A stretch of 64,000 bases of DNA from assembly GCA_002633005.1 (NCBI GenBank), contig NMRA01000873.1, positions 48,192 through 112,191 of the forward strand. Direction: 5' to 3'. Position 1 is the first letter of the stretch. The number at the start of each line of letters is the position of its first letter. Source of the stretch: Phoronis australis (Eukaryota > Animalia > Phoronida). Shown here one piece after another: positions 48,501 through 60,228 of the stretch. A program made the position numbers and the translations under genes. Under the pieces are notes generated by a model, which worked only from the letters and a program-made list of their open reading frames with translations, was not told the DNA's origin and ran no database searches.

Positions 48501-51500
48501 CGTGACCCGAGGTCATTGTTGGCAACATTAACTCGTGTTGTTGTTATCCAAACCTTTCCTCTTCAATTTCAGCCCGATATGAGCCAAGCCATCAAGAAGT
48601 GAGATCTCGGGATGACGTTGTATACAATCTTGAACGATTTCTCCAGGAGATTTATCTAGGTTAGCATTTTCCTCTGGGAATGATCTTAGCAGTCTTAAAA
48701 TCATTAGGCATTTTGCCACTCCTGAGCGATCTATTAATAATGGGAGTTGATAGAGTTTTGATTACGTAAGCATCATCTCTAATAAATATGGGACTGATTC
48801 CATCGAGACCCGTGCCTCTATATGGTTTAACTTCAATTGATAATTTGTGGCCGTGATCTTCTGGTTCCATCTCTAATTGAAAAGAAACATTACCAAGTAT
48901 GGAACTGTACGATTCCTTAAGAAAAGCATTTCCGAACTTACCAGTAGCAGTGGGAAGTTTGGATAGCAAAAAGTATTCATTGAATGACTCGAGATACTTT
49001 GGATAGGTCAAAACATAGGTTATTCCCATCTAGCTCATTTTGACATCAAAAGTGAAGACTTTGGGGCTTCAGGAAAGATTGTAATTTTCAATGTCTTGCA
49101 TGCTTGGTGTGGCATTTAGGTTATTGTTTTTCAGAAACTCGTTTGACACTATTTGGGTCTTCTCGTAATGGTTTTGGCTTCCGCAACAGTGATCTAGATA
49201 TCTGCATGACATTTGATCAACCAACTGCTGAGGTAGGGGAGTGTATAACAATAACAATGTTTTTGACGATTGAATTTATAATCAGTGATATGCGATATAT
49301 GCAGAAACAGTCAACCATTTTGCTTTGTTCCTGGACTGTAAAATGTAACATGAATTACGGATCTTCAAACCAACAAACACTTGCAAAATATGGAACAGAA
49401 ACAAAGCAAAACATTCCTGTTTAATATATAGTATATATACGTACTATGAATTTCATTGAAAAAGTATAAGGCGTTATTTTGTTTTTATGTTTTCATTACA
49501 TCCATGTAGTCCTTGGGCCTGTTCCAAGAAACTGACTTAAGTTCATTTTTTACTTAAGTCTAGGATTTGTCGCAACTTCCAAACTTTGAAACTTCCACAT
49601 CCGGTAATTTAATCAAAATTAAGACAAAATTTAAGCCAAAATCTCAAGTCGAACATAAGATCTCTTCTTGAAACGGACCTTAGACAAATTTAAGGTTTAC
49701 TTTGAAATTGACTGAAATTTAAGATTCCTCTTAGCTAAGTTAGTTTTCTTGGAACGGGACCTGGTCATCTTGCCTGTAAATGCATGAAGTATCTTCATGT
49801 GCCATTAGGTGGCGGCAGTTGTCTTTAGTGCCATGTGACCAGCTGCCACGTACGATTACACATTATCTAAGTGCATATTACCTTCATTTCTGTCTTGCAT
49901 CTGTAGCTGTAACTCCTAAGCCCCTCGCAGAATGTTCCTGAAATTTGTGCAGTTTCGACTATTACTACTACGCCACCTAGTGTCAGTCTTAGTTGTGAAG
50001 TTTGCTTCAACATCTGTGTGATGTTTGGTTAATGCAGCTATTCATGAAATTTGGCAAATAAGATATTTTTCCAGGGGAGAATATAGCACTTGCCCAATTT
50101 GGACTCTTCCTACCTGTGCTGTGGTCCTTTATTAACTTTTTTATTTATTAGTTTAGCATCATTTTTACTATCTGCCTCCGTCTCCATTTTCCAAACCCCT
50201 TGAACAATGACCATTGAAAATAAGTTCCCAATAGAGGGGAGCATGATTGGCATGGTGACTGCTGAAGCGCCTCCTAGTGTTAATTTGATTTTCTTTTTGG
50301 TAATCTCAGTATGTACCAAGATAGTCAATTTCCAAGTGACTACCACTGTACCCTGTACACTTCAGTGTTAGCTCACTAGTGTTGCTCACTCTAGTGCATG
50401 AAAATGTACTTTGAAAAAGCAAGCTCCCCTCTGTGTGTTTAGGGATGCGCACAGAAGGCGCATATTAATGCTCTGTTCTTGTTGAAAGAAGTTCCTCATA
50501 GTTGAAGTTTCTTGCCGTAGTAATTTTGTTATAACATATCATCTTTGGAAAGACACTGACAGCTGTGATGCCTGTTACTCAAAACAAAAACAATTGCAGG
50601 CGGTCTGATACACGTTGTACCAGACGTGCACTGGCCTCGCATGTGGGCCCATTGCACTGATCACCTGGAACTATTTTTATGTTTTATTAATATATGGTTA
50701 AAACCGAGCTGAGGAGCTAAAAACCTGGCTCAAGGGTTTAGCAGTGTGACCTGGTGGGACTCGAACCCATGACCTCGAATAAAGAAAGCGGGCTCTTATC
50801 AACCAGGCCACACTGCCTCCTCTGCCTGTTACTCAGCAGGCTGCCTTGTATTTCAGGGTCTGGACTGTGAGGAGATAATCAACAAAGTCGCCACCAAAAT
50901 CAAAAAGCACCGAGACTTCTTCCAAGTCCTGGCTATAACCACGGCGAAAGTTCCCATCGTCAAGTTCCAGTATCGTCATTCGCGAACACGTGACCGGCTG
51001 GAAGGAGACATCAGTCTGTACAATACATTGGTACGATAAAGTCGCTCATAGTCAGTTGTCTGTTGAAAGAGTAATCTTGCCAAAAACTGTCTGTGTGTTT
51101 AGCCATGTATTTACAAAACTACAAGTTAGATATTTGTTAAAGTGTTTAAATTTTAGTTGAACGTAACTTAGGATTCTCTATCATTGATAGGGCCACTTCA
51201 TCCTGTATTTTTGTTAAAATTTAACCAAAAAGAAACATTCATAACAGAAAATGATACGTTTCGAAGTTAGCCACTTTTCGATATTTTTCCTAGGGTTATC
51301 ATAAAGGAATACTAATGATGAACAGATATATTTCCTACATTTTCAAGTTTAATGTAAAATATTACAGTTGAGGCCATATACACCTGTAAGTTCATGGTAA
51401 AGTAACTCTCTTCAAAGTGTAATAAATTACAGGTAATATCTCACACAAGGAAAAGTTCACTTTGCTGGTTTATTGTAAAGTACTAAATCTGAATATGATT

Positions 51501-54500
51501 CCCATTTAATGGATGGAGTGGTAGCAAAGGCTTTTTCAAAATTACACCATATTCACAGGAAGAAATATTGTCAGCATTTTGTGAACTGCTATTTGTTATT
51601 ACCAGTCTTTGTGTGCACTCTTTGTCTTCTTGAACTTACATTTACGAGTGTCTTTGTTGCACAATCTTTCATTTGACTGTTGTGATTTGTTCTAGGCTCA
51701 AGAGAATACCAGGATGTTGAGGACGTACGCCAATATCGACAATAGAGTGAAGGTTTTGGGTTACGTCATCAAAGTTTTTGCCAAGGTAGGAACATAACCC
51801 GTGCAATTCTTGTTGCAGTAACATTGGAGTTGTTCTTATGTACCATCACTCAACCTGGTGTAGTGTTTGGGCATAATTTTTGTTATGTTTTTTCAAATGC
51901 TTTTGAGAAATCTAGAAAACTTCATTACATGACTAGGATTAATGTTTATTTTATTGTGTAGAATTAGAGTGCTAATACACAATTCAGCTAATAAATTTTA
52001 TGTTTGAATTGTTTAATTGTTTAAGTATAATGTCATTAACTTTTTTAAACATTTTTAGTAAAATATACTCAGTGTAGAAGTTACAAAGACAAGACTGTGG
52101 TCTTGCTCAATACATGCAGTATCTATAGTGTGTATGTTTCAGGCGTGTGACATCGGTGATGCATCACGTGGCAGCCTGTCTTCCTACGCCTATACTCTCA
52201 TGACTCTGTATTACCTGCAGCAATGCAAGCCTCCTGTCATACCTGTTCTGCAAGAGGTCAGTGGACTCTTCTGATGATTAACCTGAAGGCAATGTAGTGG
52301 CCGTCTACTGCCAGTAATGGAAAGCTTTTATTATGGGGATATTAGCGATGAGAAATTTTAAAGTAATTTTTTCGGAAATCAGCCACAGCACTTAATCGAA
52401 GCTGTTACCTCTGGTGCTGAAGCGTCATGCTCTGTTGTCTGGCTGAATCCTCTCGTTAAATGGCAGTGTATTATAAACGCACTCAAATAGTAAAGATATT
52501 GGCAAATGTCTGGCAGACAATGCCGAAAGTTGGTGATTTCTACTAACATTAGAAGAAAAATAGAACGAATTTTGTCCGAAGTCTATACCATCCAATAGTA
52601 ATCCTAAAAATGCATTTTTCAGACAAAAGACCAATAACATCCCTTAAAACTGATCTAAATTTGTATGCTTGAAATGAAATTGCAGAAAATTTTCTCCTAG
52701 TTTGCACACAATGTTGAGGACAAGTGAAATTTTATTTTGTCAATTCAAACTTTTCAACAGAATCAAAAACTTTTGTCTATTGATTGTTTAGTCTGTTTTT
52801 GTGTAGATGACATTTGGTAAGTTTTACAGTATTCGTGGTTGTCCAAAAAGAGTAAGGAATTATGTTTTCTGTGTGCCTATCTTTGTTCATGGATGTGTTA
52901 TTTTGTTTTAGCTGTATGACCCTAAAAAGGGAAAGCCTAAAGTGTTGGTCGAAGGCTGTAACGTGTGGTTCTATGATGATCTCAGTAACTTGGTAAGTAA
53001 CGAGAATTTTTTGTTTTTATGCTCCGCACTTATTTTTACCAAATGAGAAATGACACGGATATCATGCAGTTAAGTGGCAAGAAGTTTTCATTTTTAGGCT
53101 GTGCACTTATTTTTACCAAATGGTAAATGATAAGGATATTTGACCTCATTAGAATGTAAAAAATGTGACTTGTTTGCAGGTAGGAAAGATTTTCTCAGTC
53201 CATTTGCGAAAAGTCCGTGTGAACAGGAAAAATCTTTAGTTGATATAAGTAAAATCTTTGTTTTCCCTATTAGCAGTGGAACTTCCCCTGCAAACAGGAA
53301 ATATCTTCTGTTATCCCTGTAGAAAGTGAAATTTCTCGTTTTCCTCTTTGAGCATAGACTTTACAGTGAAGACGAATAAAGCTTGAACAGGAACAAGTTT
53401 AGATTGGCAATATTGCTGGTCTTGGTGCTCTTGTTACTATGACGAAGTAGCTTCATAAAGTTTTTCATCATAGCTAAGCTACTCAAAAGCAGGTGTACCT
53501 ATTGGTTTAGCCCCAATTTTAAGAATTTGAACGATGAACATAATTCATACTGTGCTCATTCAGAATTGAAGATTTTCGAAAGAGGAAATAAGGGTCAGAA
53601 AAACCTTAATGAGCACTCTTTCTGAATCGTTTTTGTCTGGTCAGTTCCCAAGGACTATCGCCTACATGGCTTGAATCAGCCATTGTGTGGCTTTTGTTTT
53701 TTGATTAGGGTTTTGTACTTAAACCATCTTCAGGAATTTCATTCATGAATTGCATTCATTTATGGGAAACTAACAGCAAAAAACAACTAGTTTCCCACCT
53801 GTTTCTTCCTTCAGTCCAAAGTGTGGAGTGGCATGGGAAAGAACAAACAGTCCGTGGCCCAGTTGTGGGTTGGTCTGCTTAGGTTCTACACAGAACAGTT
53901 CAACATTACAAAGGACGTCGTCTGCATCCGCCAACACAAGCCACTGACGAGGTTTGAGAAGATGTGGAATGGCAAATGTTTTGCAATTGAAGGTAAGCAA
54001 TGTTTTATCGTAAGTTACCCAATTTTATTGTGTTGATGTAAAACTGTGACTTTGTGCCAATGTGTAAAAGTTTGGTTGTAAACTGAGCAATGAAATATAC
54101 TGTGGGGCCAGTGAAAGTAGTGTAACCCAATTGTTTTAAAAAGTGATTTTGTCTTACGCGTAATTTTCTGTTTTTCTTTCAGATCCATTTGAATTGAATC
54201 ACAACTTGGGTGCTGGGTTATCACATAAAAGTACGTGTTACTTTTCACTTGATTTGATGTAAATGCGATGAAAAAGGTTTTCATTGCTTTCCGATGATAT
54301 AACATTAAATAGCTAAATCACTTACTAAAAAGCATAAAAGTCTGGTGAGTCAGATGTTTCCGCCCTCTCTAAGGGCCTTGTTCACGGTCTGCATCAGGCT
54401 GACCTGGTTTTAGAATGAGTTTGTACAACACTGGGAGCTGTAATCCTTGATCTCTGTTCAGATTGGGGTGTCTGGTTATAATGTAGACAGCCTCCTTGAG

Positions 54501-57500
54501 TACCAGTAATTCAGTGTTCTCTGGCAAGGATTCTGCTGTTGCACTTGTCCAGTGTTGAAGGTGTGTTCCCTTACGCCTGTGGGTCTGTCCAGTTTGCAGT
54601 ATTCCCTCATCCTTCCTCTTAGGGTGCATTTGTTTTCCCCTATGCATTGAAAAATGTCTTAACCCCATGTGATTTGAAGGTGTTTGACATTTGTTCAGAA
54701 TGATTCTTGACTTTGGGAATGGATATGGACATTTTTCAAACCTATCAACAGCATCCAGGAATAGTTGGTGCACCCAAAGGACCCTACCCCACTGACAAGA
54801 AGTCTTGCATTGTGTACCAGTTGTCATGTAAGTAGGACCCCACCCATCAGTACATGGGGGAAACTAAACGCACTCTGGGGAGAAGGATGAAGGAACACTC
54901 CAAACTTGTGTAGGAGAACACACCCTTAACACTGAACACACCATCGACAAGTGTGACACCAGAATCCTGTAATTAATTTCAAAAACAATTTTTAACTTGT
55001 AGGGTGTGCATGCTTGTGTGTGTGTGTGGGTGTGTGTGCCTGTGTGTGTGTGCGTGTGTGTGTGTGTGTGCGTGCGTGCGTGTGGGTAAGCACTACACCA
55101 AGGGAATTGTGATGCCGTGGCAGAATGGTGCACTTTCTAAGTCGTTTCTAATTTTACAATTTTTTGCAGTGCAATGGTTCATCATGAAAGCTTTCATTAA
55201 TGTAAGGAATCTACATGGTGTGCCAGTTTCGGAAAATGACATCTTCTCTGATTATGAAGATATACTAGTGAGTAAATGTTTTCATGTTTTGCACTCATAT
55301 TCATCACTTGTTTTACCTGGTGTTTTTTCATGTCGATAAAAATTCAAATTTGATCAAAAATGATAATAAGATTTAACTATCTGTTCAAGTTAGATCCCTA
55401 GAAATATAGCCAAATTAGGCCGACTTGAGAACATCATATCTCATAAATGGATGATCAGATTCATATGAATCTTTCAGGTGCTTTGTGCACTGTTGTAAAT
55501 ACGTTGTCATGAATTGTTTTAAACATGTTCCACTTTTGCATGAGGGGTTATAAAAAATAGGAATTTTGTGAATTTAATAAACAAATTAAATGAAATGATA
55601 TTTTGGAAAAGTGTGTTTTTAATTACTCACCTTGAATATTTAAATCAAGTAAAATTTTATCATGTTATTGAAATCGTTTTGCTATCAATGAACAGTGATG
55701 ATTTTTTTCTAAAAACACATTGTCTCCTGATCCAAGCATTAACAGATTGCTAAAAAGTCGAAAATAAGTTCTATGGGCTTTTAATTTCAGAAAATAAATA
55801 TTTTTAGTGAGGAGTAAAAATCTATAGTCTTTCACATATTTTGCCAAATGCATAGACTTGTCGATGAGGTCCTACACAACCTTTATAAAGCCTGATTCAT
55901 GTGTATCGGGAGTCCACTTTCTGTTGTGGAATATACCTCATATACGAGTCTTAATAAGGTAATAGATGTTAGAGAGTATTTTGTCAATGAACAAGCCATG
56001 AAGAAATACAATGTTTATGCAAACGGGGGGAAAATGCTAACGTCATTTTTTTGCAAATAGAGCCTTCTATTTTGGAGTCGGTATTCATGTTGGCTTTGAA
56101 GCTTTGGTAGTTTATTGAGAGGTGCGTAGCCCACAAGCGTGCAGTCTTTACACTGAGTACCTGATTAATGTTATTGGTATCTACAGGACTTCTTTTTCGA
56201 TGGTGAACTTCTAAATGACGGCGAGTATGCACCCAATGACCGGGGCTGCAGAGTCTGTGGGAAGATTGGGCACATTGCCAAAGATTGTGCTGTCGTCAAG
56301 ATGAGAAAGGAGAGGTGAGTCTCGGGGGGGGGCACTCAATTAAAGAGTTTTGCTCTCAATTTCTCATCTTAATAAATATACTTCTGTTTTTTAGTTTTTG
56401 TTGTTTATTTTTTTGAATTTTTATGGTCACACTTTAATAATAATTATGTTATTCACAATTTGTTTGATTTCTTATTATTTTTGTTTACATTCAACAAATC
56501 TGACTTAGATGAGATAATTCAGGCATCCAGTTATAGACAGTCAGCACTTTGTAGTTGGGCGTACTCAGGCTGTGCTTTTGTAAATTGTATTTAATTCACT
56601 GTACACGGCACAAGTAATCAGTAACGACAGTTATGAACCACCATAATGGGCCATTCTAGCTACATTGATGTTGAATTCAGCTTGCACTCAATCATCGTAC
56701 CGAGATGTTCCATAGATAAGCCCATGAACTTGTGTTCAAAAAAAGAAAAATGTCGGGCGTTTCGGTTAGCAACAACAAATAGACAACCGGGCATCTATTC
56801 GGAAAAGGAGGGCGTGTAAACTGAAAGTCATAGTTTTGGCTTTGGCATTTCTTACTTAAAACTATGTTTTTAAATTTTATGTTAAAAAATGCACAGTTCG
56901 CTAACACTTTATTCGTTTTTAGAAATGATAAATGCTCCACAAAACTGAATTTGCAACTAAAAGTTGACGGTGAGTGGGCTTTTATGAAGAAATTCTCAGA
57001 ATAAACGCCCCACTTTCTAGACAATTGACACCAAAGTTGTAATATCAAATAAACACCCGTGGGCATTTCATCGAGTGAGCTTGTTCTACGGAAAATCCCG
57101 GTAATGGTGAATTCCAGATAATTTTGCCTGATTATTTTTGCCATGAACTGTACTTTATAAATTTTAAAGTAACCCCACTTACTAAAACATGTTCATACTT
57201 GATAGTAATATTCACACATAACATAGTTAATCATTGATAGTTCCTTGTTGCCATTCATGTGAAAAGTGCATACATGTGTAAAGGTGGTGCAACATGGCTC
57301 TATTAACACTGTCTCATATTCCATGCTTCTAGGGAGCAAAAAGCCAAAGAAAGGAAGCAGAAACAGAAGGCTCAACAAGAACACCAACAGAGGTCACTAG
57401 GTGAGTTAAGAGTCTTTGGTAGGTTTACCGGATATGTATGCCTTTATTAGCAGTTGTTGTTGTTATTAGTATTATGATTACTTTTATTATTATTATTTTA

Positions 57501-60228
57501 TTGTTAAGATTTATTTATTCTGGGTGGTAGCCTTGTTTTTAGGAGGGCTCCAGGAGAAATTTAATTGATACAGCAACAATGTGTTCATGACAACAACAAA
57601 TAGTTATTATTAAATCATAAAATGAAATTATAAGATCAGTAAAGTCACACAATTTACTATCACTTCGTGCCAGGCAAGGGGTCAAATCAAGATAACCGAG
57701 TCCGCCATGCACAGACGCCCCCAAGGCAGACGTATCAGCGGTCAGAATCTGCACCCATCCCTGTGAACCCAGCACACACGCATTTCCGCTCACCACCCAA
57801 ACCAAGCATGGTGACGGTGCCCACCTATGACAACAAAGGTCAGCCGATTCTAGGATCACCATCGCCTCAAGTGCTGTTAGGTTCACCTCCATTGCAGTTT
57901 CAGGTGAGTAGTGAGTCTGGTTGACTCGGGAATACTAATGCAATTGCAACGCGATTCAGGAAAATTTTATACTTGCTAATTGAAACACTATGTTGTTTTT
58001 ACCATTATTAAAAGTTCTTTCAAAAATGATAATAGGCGTTTTTTCCATGCCCATCTTGCAGAGTCTTATTTAGTTCTTCTACTTATGTCAATAAATGACA
58101 TTATTCCCAATCCTCATCTTGTTTTACTCGGCAACAGAGCTTGTGGCGTATTCCGGGCAAAATAGATTACGTTACATAATATTTAGCTTAATTTTTTTTC
58201 AACTTTAACATTGTTAGGTGGTAACCGTTGTTGTTTTATTGATGTTATGACATGAATTGAGTGCTTTTTAATTTTAATGTTGACTAATATTTTGTTTTTC
58301 CATCTTTAACATTTTGTTTGTATGCGTATTACATGTTTTTATCTCGTAATATCAATTGAGTGCCTCTGAAGTATACCCATTACTTGCCCCATTTTCAGGT
58401 TCGTTTAATATGTGAATCTTCTTGTTATGTTTTTTCAGATGTTAATGCAGCCCCGACCTGTAGACCCCACTCGCCCTCCACTGTTGCCCACCCCTCAAGG
58501 GGCGCAACAAGTGCCCCAGCCAGGTTATGGCTCAAACAATGGTTCCCAGGCTCCGAGTCTCCATAGCAACAGCCCTCAAGTACACGGTAGCCAGGCAATC
58601 AGACAGCAACAACTATATCAACAACAATATGCACACCAGCAACAACAGCAGCTACTGCAACAACAACAGCAACTACAGCAACAACAACAACGTCAACAAC
58701 AACGTCAACAACAACAGCATCAACCACAGCAACATCACTCACCTGGTCAATACAGTGGCAGCCCCAGCCGACAAGGTTTCTACGCCAGTCCTCCAAGACA
58801 AGCACTTCACATTACTGGTGCACATGTACAGGCAAACCATGTGTTTGGCCAACAGACGTCATTTCCTATGACAGTATACGACGAGGCACAATTCCAAAAA
58901 GCTGTTAGCTCTGGTATTGCTTTTGGAGTCAGTCCGCAAAATAGGTCGCCGCCTAATCTTTGTAAGTGTTTATTGCAACGTCCTACTGTAGTGAGTAATC
59001 ACTTATTTGAATCGTCATTTAAAGTGGGTGTAAGCACGCCTTTCGTCACAAAAATCAGTTTATGATGTAGACCAATTACTGTTATCAAATTGGTTTTTTA
59101 ATTTGTTTCTTAGTTGAATTAGAGAGGATATCAGGGCTTGAAAAGAATTGACTGTTCATTTTTGTTCATAATTAGACTGAAATTTGGCAAGTCATGGCGG
59201 GTCAAGTCATGTGCTCATCATGGTCTCCTGAACGATTGACATGTTTATTCTTACAAAGTCAGAAATGACTTATCATTTGAGTTACCAATAAGTTAAGACT
59301 ATTTTATAGCGGTATGTGGTAAAAATTTTGTTTGACAAAATGCATCTTTATAGCCACATTAAAATACAAGCCCTAACCTTTTAACAATGTTAGTCTGATT
59401 TCCCTACAATTGAATCTACTTTTGTTGAGATGGTTACCGTCTGCATCCACATTTTGAAGGATTGATTCTTTCGATCGTTCTGATTTCTACATGCCGATTC
59501 TATGTTTCCGAAAACTGTTTCGGTAGCTAGGAAATTTGATAACTTTATTGTTAGTATAAATATATCTTATTCAGTGATGCGTGGAATATGTTGCAAGCAG
59601 TTTATCCCGTTCAATCTGCCATCTTTTTGGTCACATCACGTGACCTAATGAATATAAGTCCAAAAAGATTTCTGCACCTGACCGGCACTCGAACCCAGGA
59701 CATTCTGCTCTAACCACTGACGTATTCATTCGGTCACGTGATGTGACCAAAAAGATGGCGGATTGAACAGGATAAACTGCTTGCAACATATTCCACGCCT
59801 CACTGAATAAGATATATTTATACACACAATAGAAATCATGGGTAAGATGCCCACTACTAAGTCTGATTGGATTTCTGTGTTTGACCAGTGGTCCCAATGG
59901 CTCAGTGGACTAGAGTGTGCACGGTTAGCAGAAGGTCCTGGGTTCGAGTCCTGGTTGGGGGCAGAAATCTTTTCGGACTTATATATTCATTAGGTCACGT
60001 GATGTGACCAAAAAGATGGAGGATTGAACGGGATAAACTGCTTGCAACTTTATTGTTAATTTGTAAATGTGATTGTTTACCACCGCAGAAAGTCAAATGT
60101 ATCCATTGCCATAACATCTTGGTACTAGTCACTTATATTGACTATTTCGGCAAGTTTATTCTGAGGAGGAAAATGTTTGTGAATTCTGTCCTGATGTAAA
60201 CCTAATTTTCTTCATCATTGACACAGGA
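36557..60228 (+). CDS. TUT7: Terminal uridylyltransferase 4/7-like (ZCCHC11/ZCCHC6 family), ~25 coding exons, ~1514 aa
   Basis: Phase-consistent GT-AG exons: 36557-37439, 38836-38918, 39466-39582, 40966-41143, 42379-42519, 43217-43407, 44763-44876, 45034-45090, 45405-45576, 46101-46642, 47477-47624, 48573-48659, 49135-49232, 50857-51030, 51696-51785, 52143-52256, 52912-52992, 53815-53992, 54183-54230, 55170-55267, 56187-56314, 57333-57400, 57674-57903, 58439-58961, last exon uncertain (60227-). C2H2 finger CRLC..H.....H. Inactive NTD1 YGS..GFG..SSDINLD. ZK1 CKICQKKGHLKQNC. Active NTD2 FGSSRNGFGFRNSDLDI...EGDISLYN. Nucleotide-recognition motif IEDPFELNHNL. ZK2 CRVCGKIGHIAKDC. Q-rich tail. TUT4 versus TUT7 cannot be separated by eye; likely a pro-ortholog of both. 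Confidence 0.93.
37698..38570. mobile_element. Non-autonomous element with a terminal ~155-bp hairpin (Crypton-like) and an internal tRNA-like segment
   Basis: Hairpin attattacatg..ttatcccc..tctagagccc..gattttggagaattatc.cccgagggg-cattagc-cccgaggg.gataattctccaaaatc..gggctctaga..ggggataacatgtaataat (37709-37854). tRNA-like gtggtgttgtggtaaag...gggttcgaaacc at ~38409-38465. Right boundary approximate. Confidence 0.45.
40101..40775 (-). mobile_element. Penelope-like retroelement 3' fragment (GIY-YIG endonuclease) with inverted pseudo-LTRs carrying a hammerhead-like core
   Basis: Minus strand ~40475-40630 reads HKPFNTLRNYLVCPEDK...DVIYKIDCPDCNASYVGETARNLGIRIK. Inverted arms 40101-40212 and 40665-40775 contain ccgacgaaggtctcgcgatgataccaaaagc and its reverse complement. 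Confidence 0.8.
43598..44629. repeat. Local tandem duplication (294-bp period) ending at an N, plus an older upstream partial copy
   Basis: tattatctccacatgtaaccag...gctaagcaaccatttctac at ~43598, ~44199 and ~44493; n at 44630. The ORF track shows the duplicated peptide MLSIASDAQH... Confidence 0.85.
47015..47350. repeat. 42-bp minisatellite, ~8 copies
   Basis: Unit tggcattgttctctacaagtagcatgcatagatattattggt. Confidence 0.95.
48673..49020 (-). mobile_element. CR1/L2-type LINE ORF2 fragment (pre-RT region)
   Basis: KPYRGTGLDGISPIFIRDDAYVIKTLSTPIINRSLRSGKMPNDFKTAKIIP matches the K(A/S)xGxDGI...IINxSLxxGxxPxxWKxAxVxP motif. Confidence 0.8.
49515..49762. mobile_element. MITE (PIF/Harbinger-like ends)
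   Basis: gggcctgttccaagaaactgacttaag vs cttagctaagttagttttcttggaacgggacc. Confidence 0.6.
50605..50820 (-). mobile_element. tRNA-derived SINE copy
   Basis: Reverse strand ggcagtgtggcctggttgataag...gggttcgagtccc (A/B boxes), then a body shared with 1850-1965 and 21215-21392. Confidence 0.6.
54370..54970. mobile_element. Two oppositely oriented Penelope-like GIY-YIG fragments
   Basis: Minus strand 54370-54600: KEAVYIITRHPNLNRDQGLQLPVLYKLIL. Plus strand 54730-54900: FKPINSIQE*LVHPKD...CIVYQLSCK*DPTHQYMGETKRTLGRRMKEH. Confidence 0.75.
55015..55085. repeat. (GT)n microsatellite
   Basis: tgtgtgtgtgtgtgggtgtgtgtgcctgtgtgtgtg... Confidence 0.9.
59554..60045 (+). mobile_element. tRNA-containing short retroposon with a 5' inverted copy plus partial tandem copies and a 13-bp TSD
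   Basis: TSD aactttattgtta at 59541-59553 and 60046-60058. A box tggctcagtgg (59898-59908) and B box ggttcgagtcc (59941-59951). Inverted arm 59554-59654 pairs with 59723-59823. Direct repeat period ~261 bp. Confidence 0.75.
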
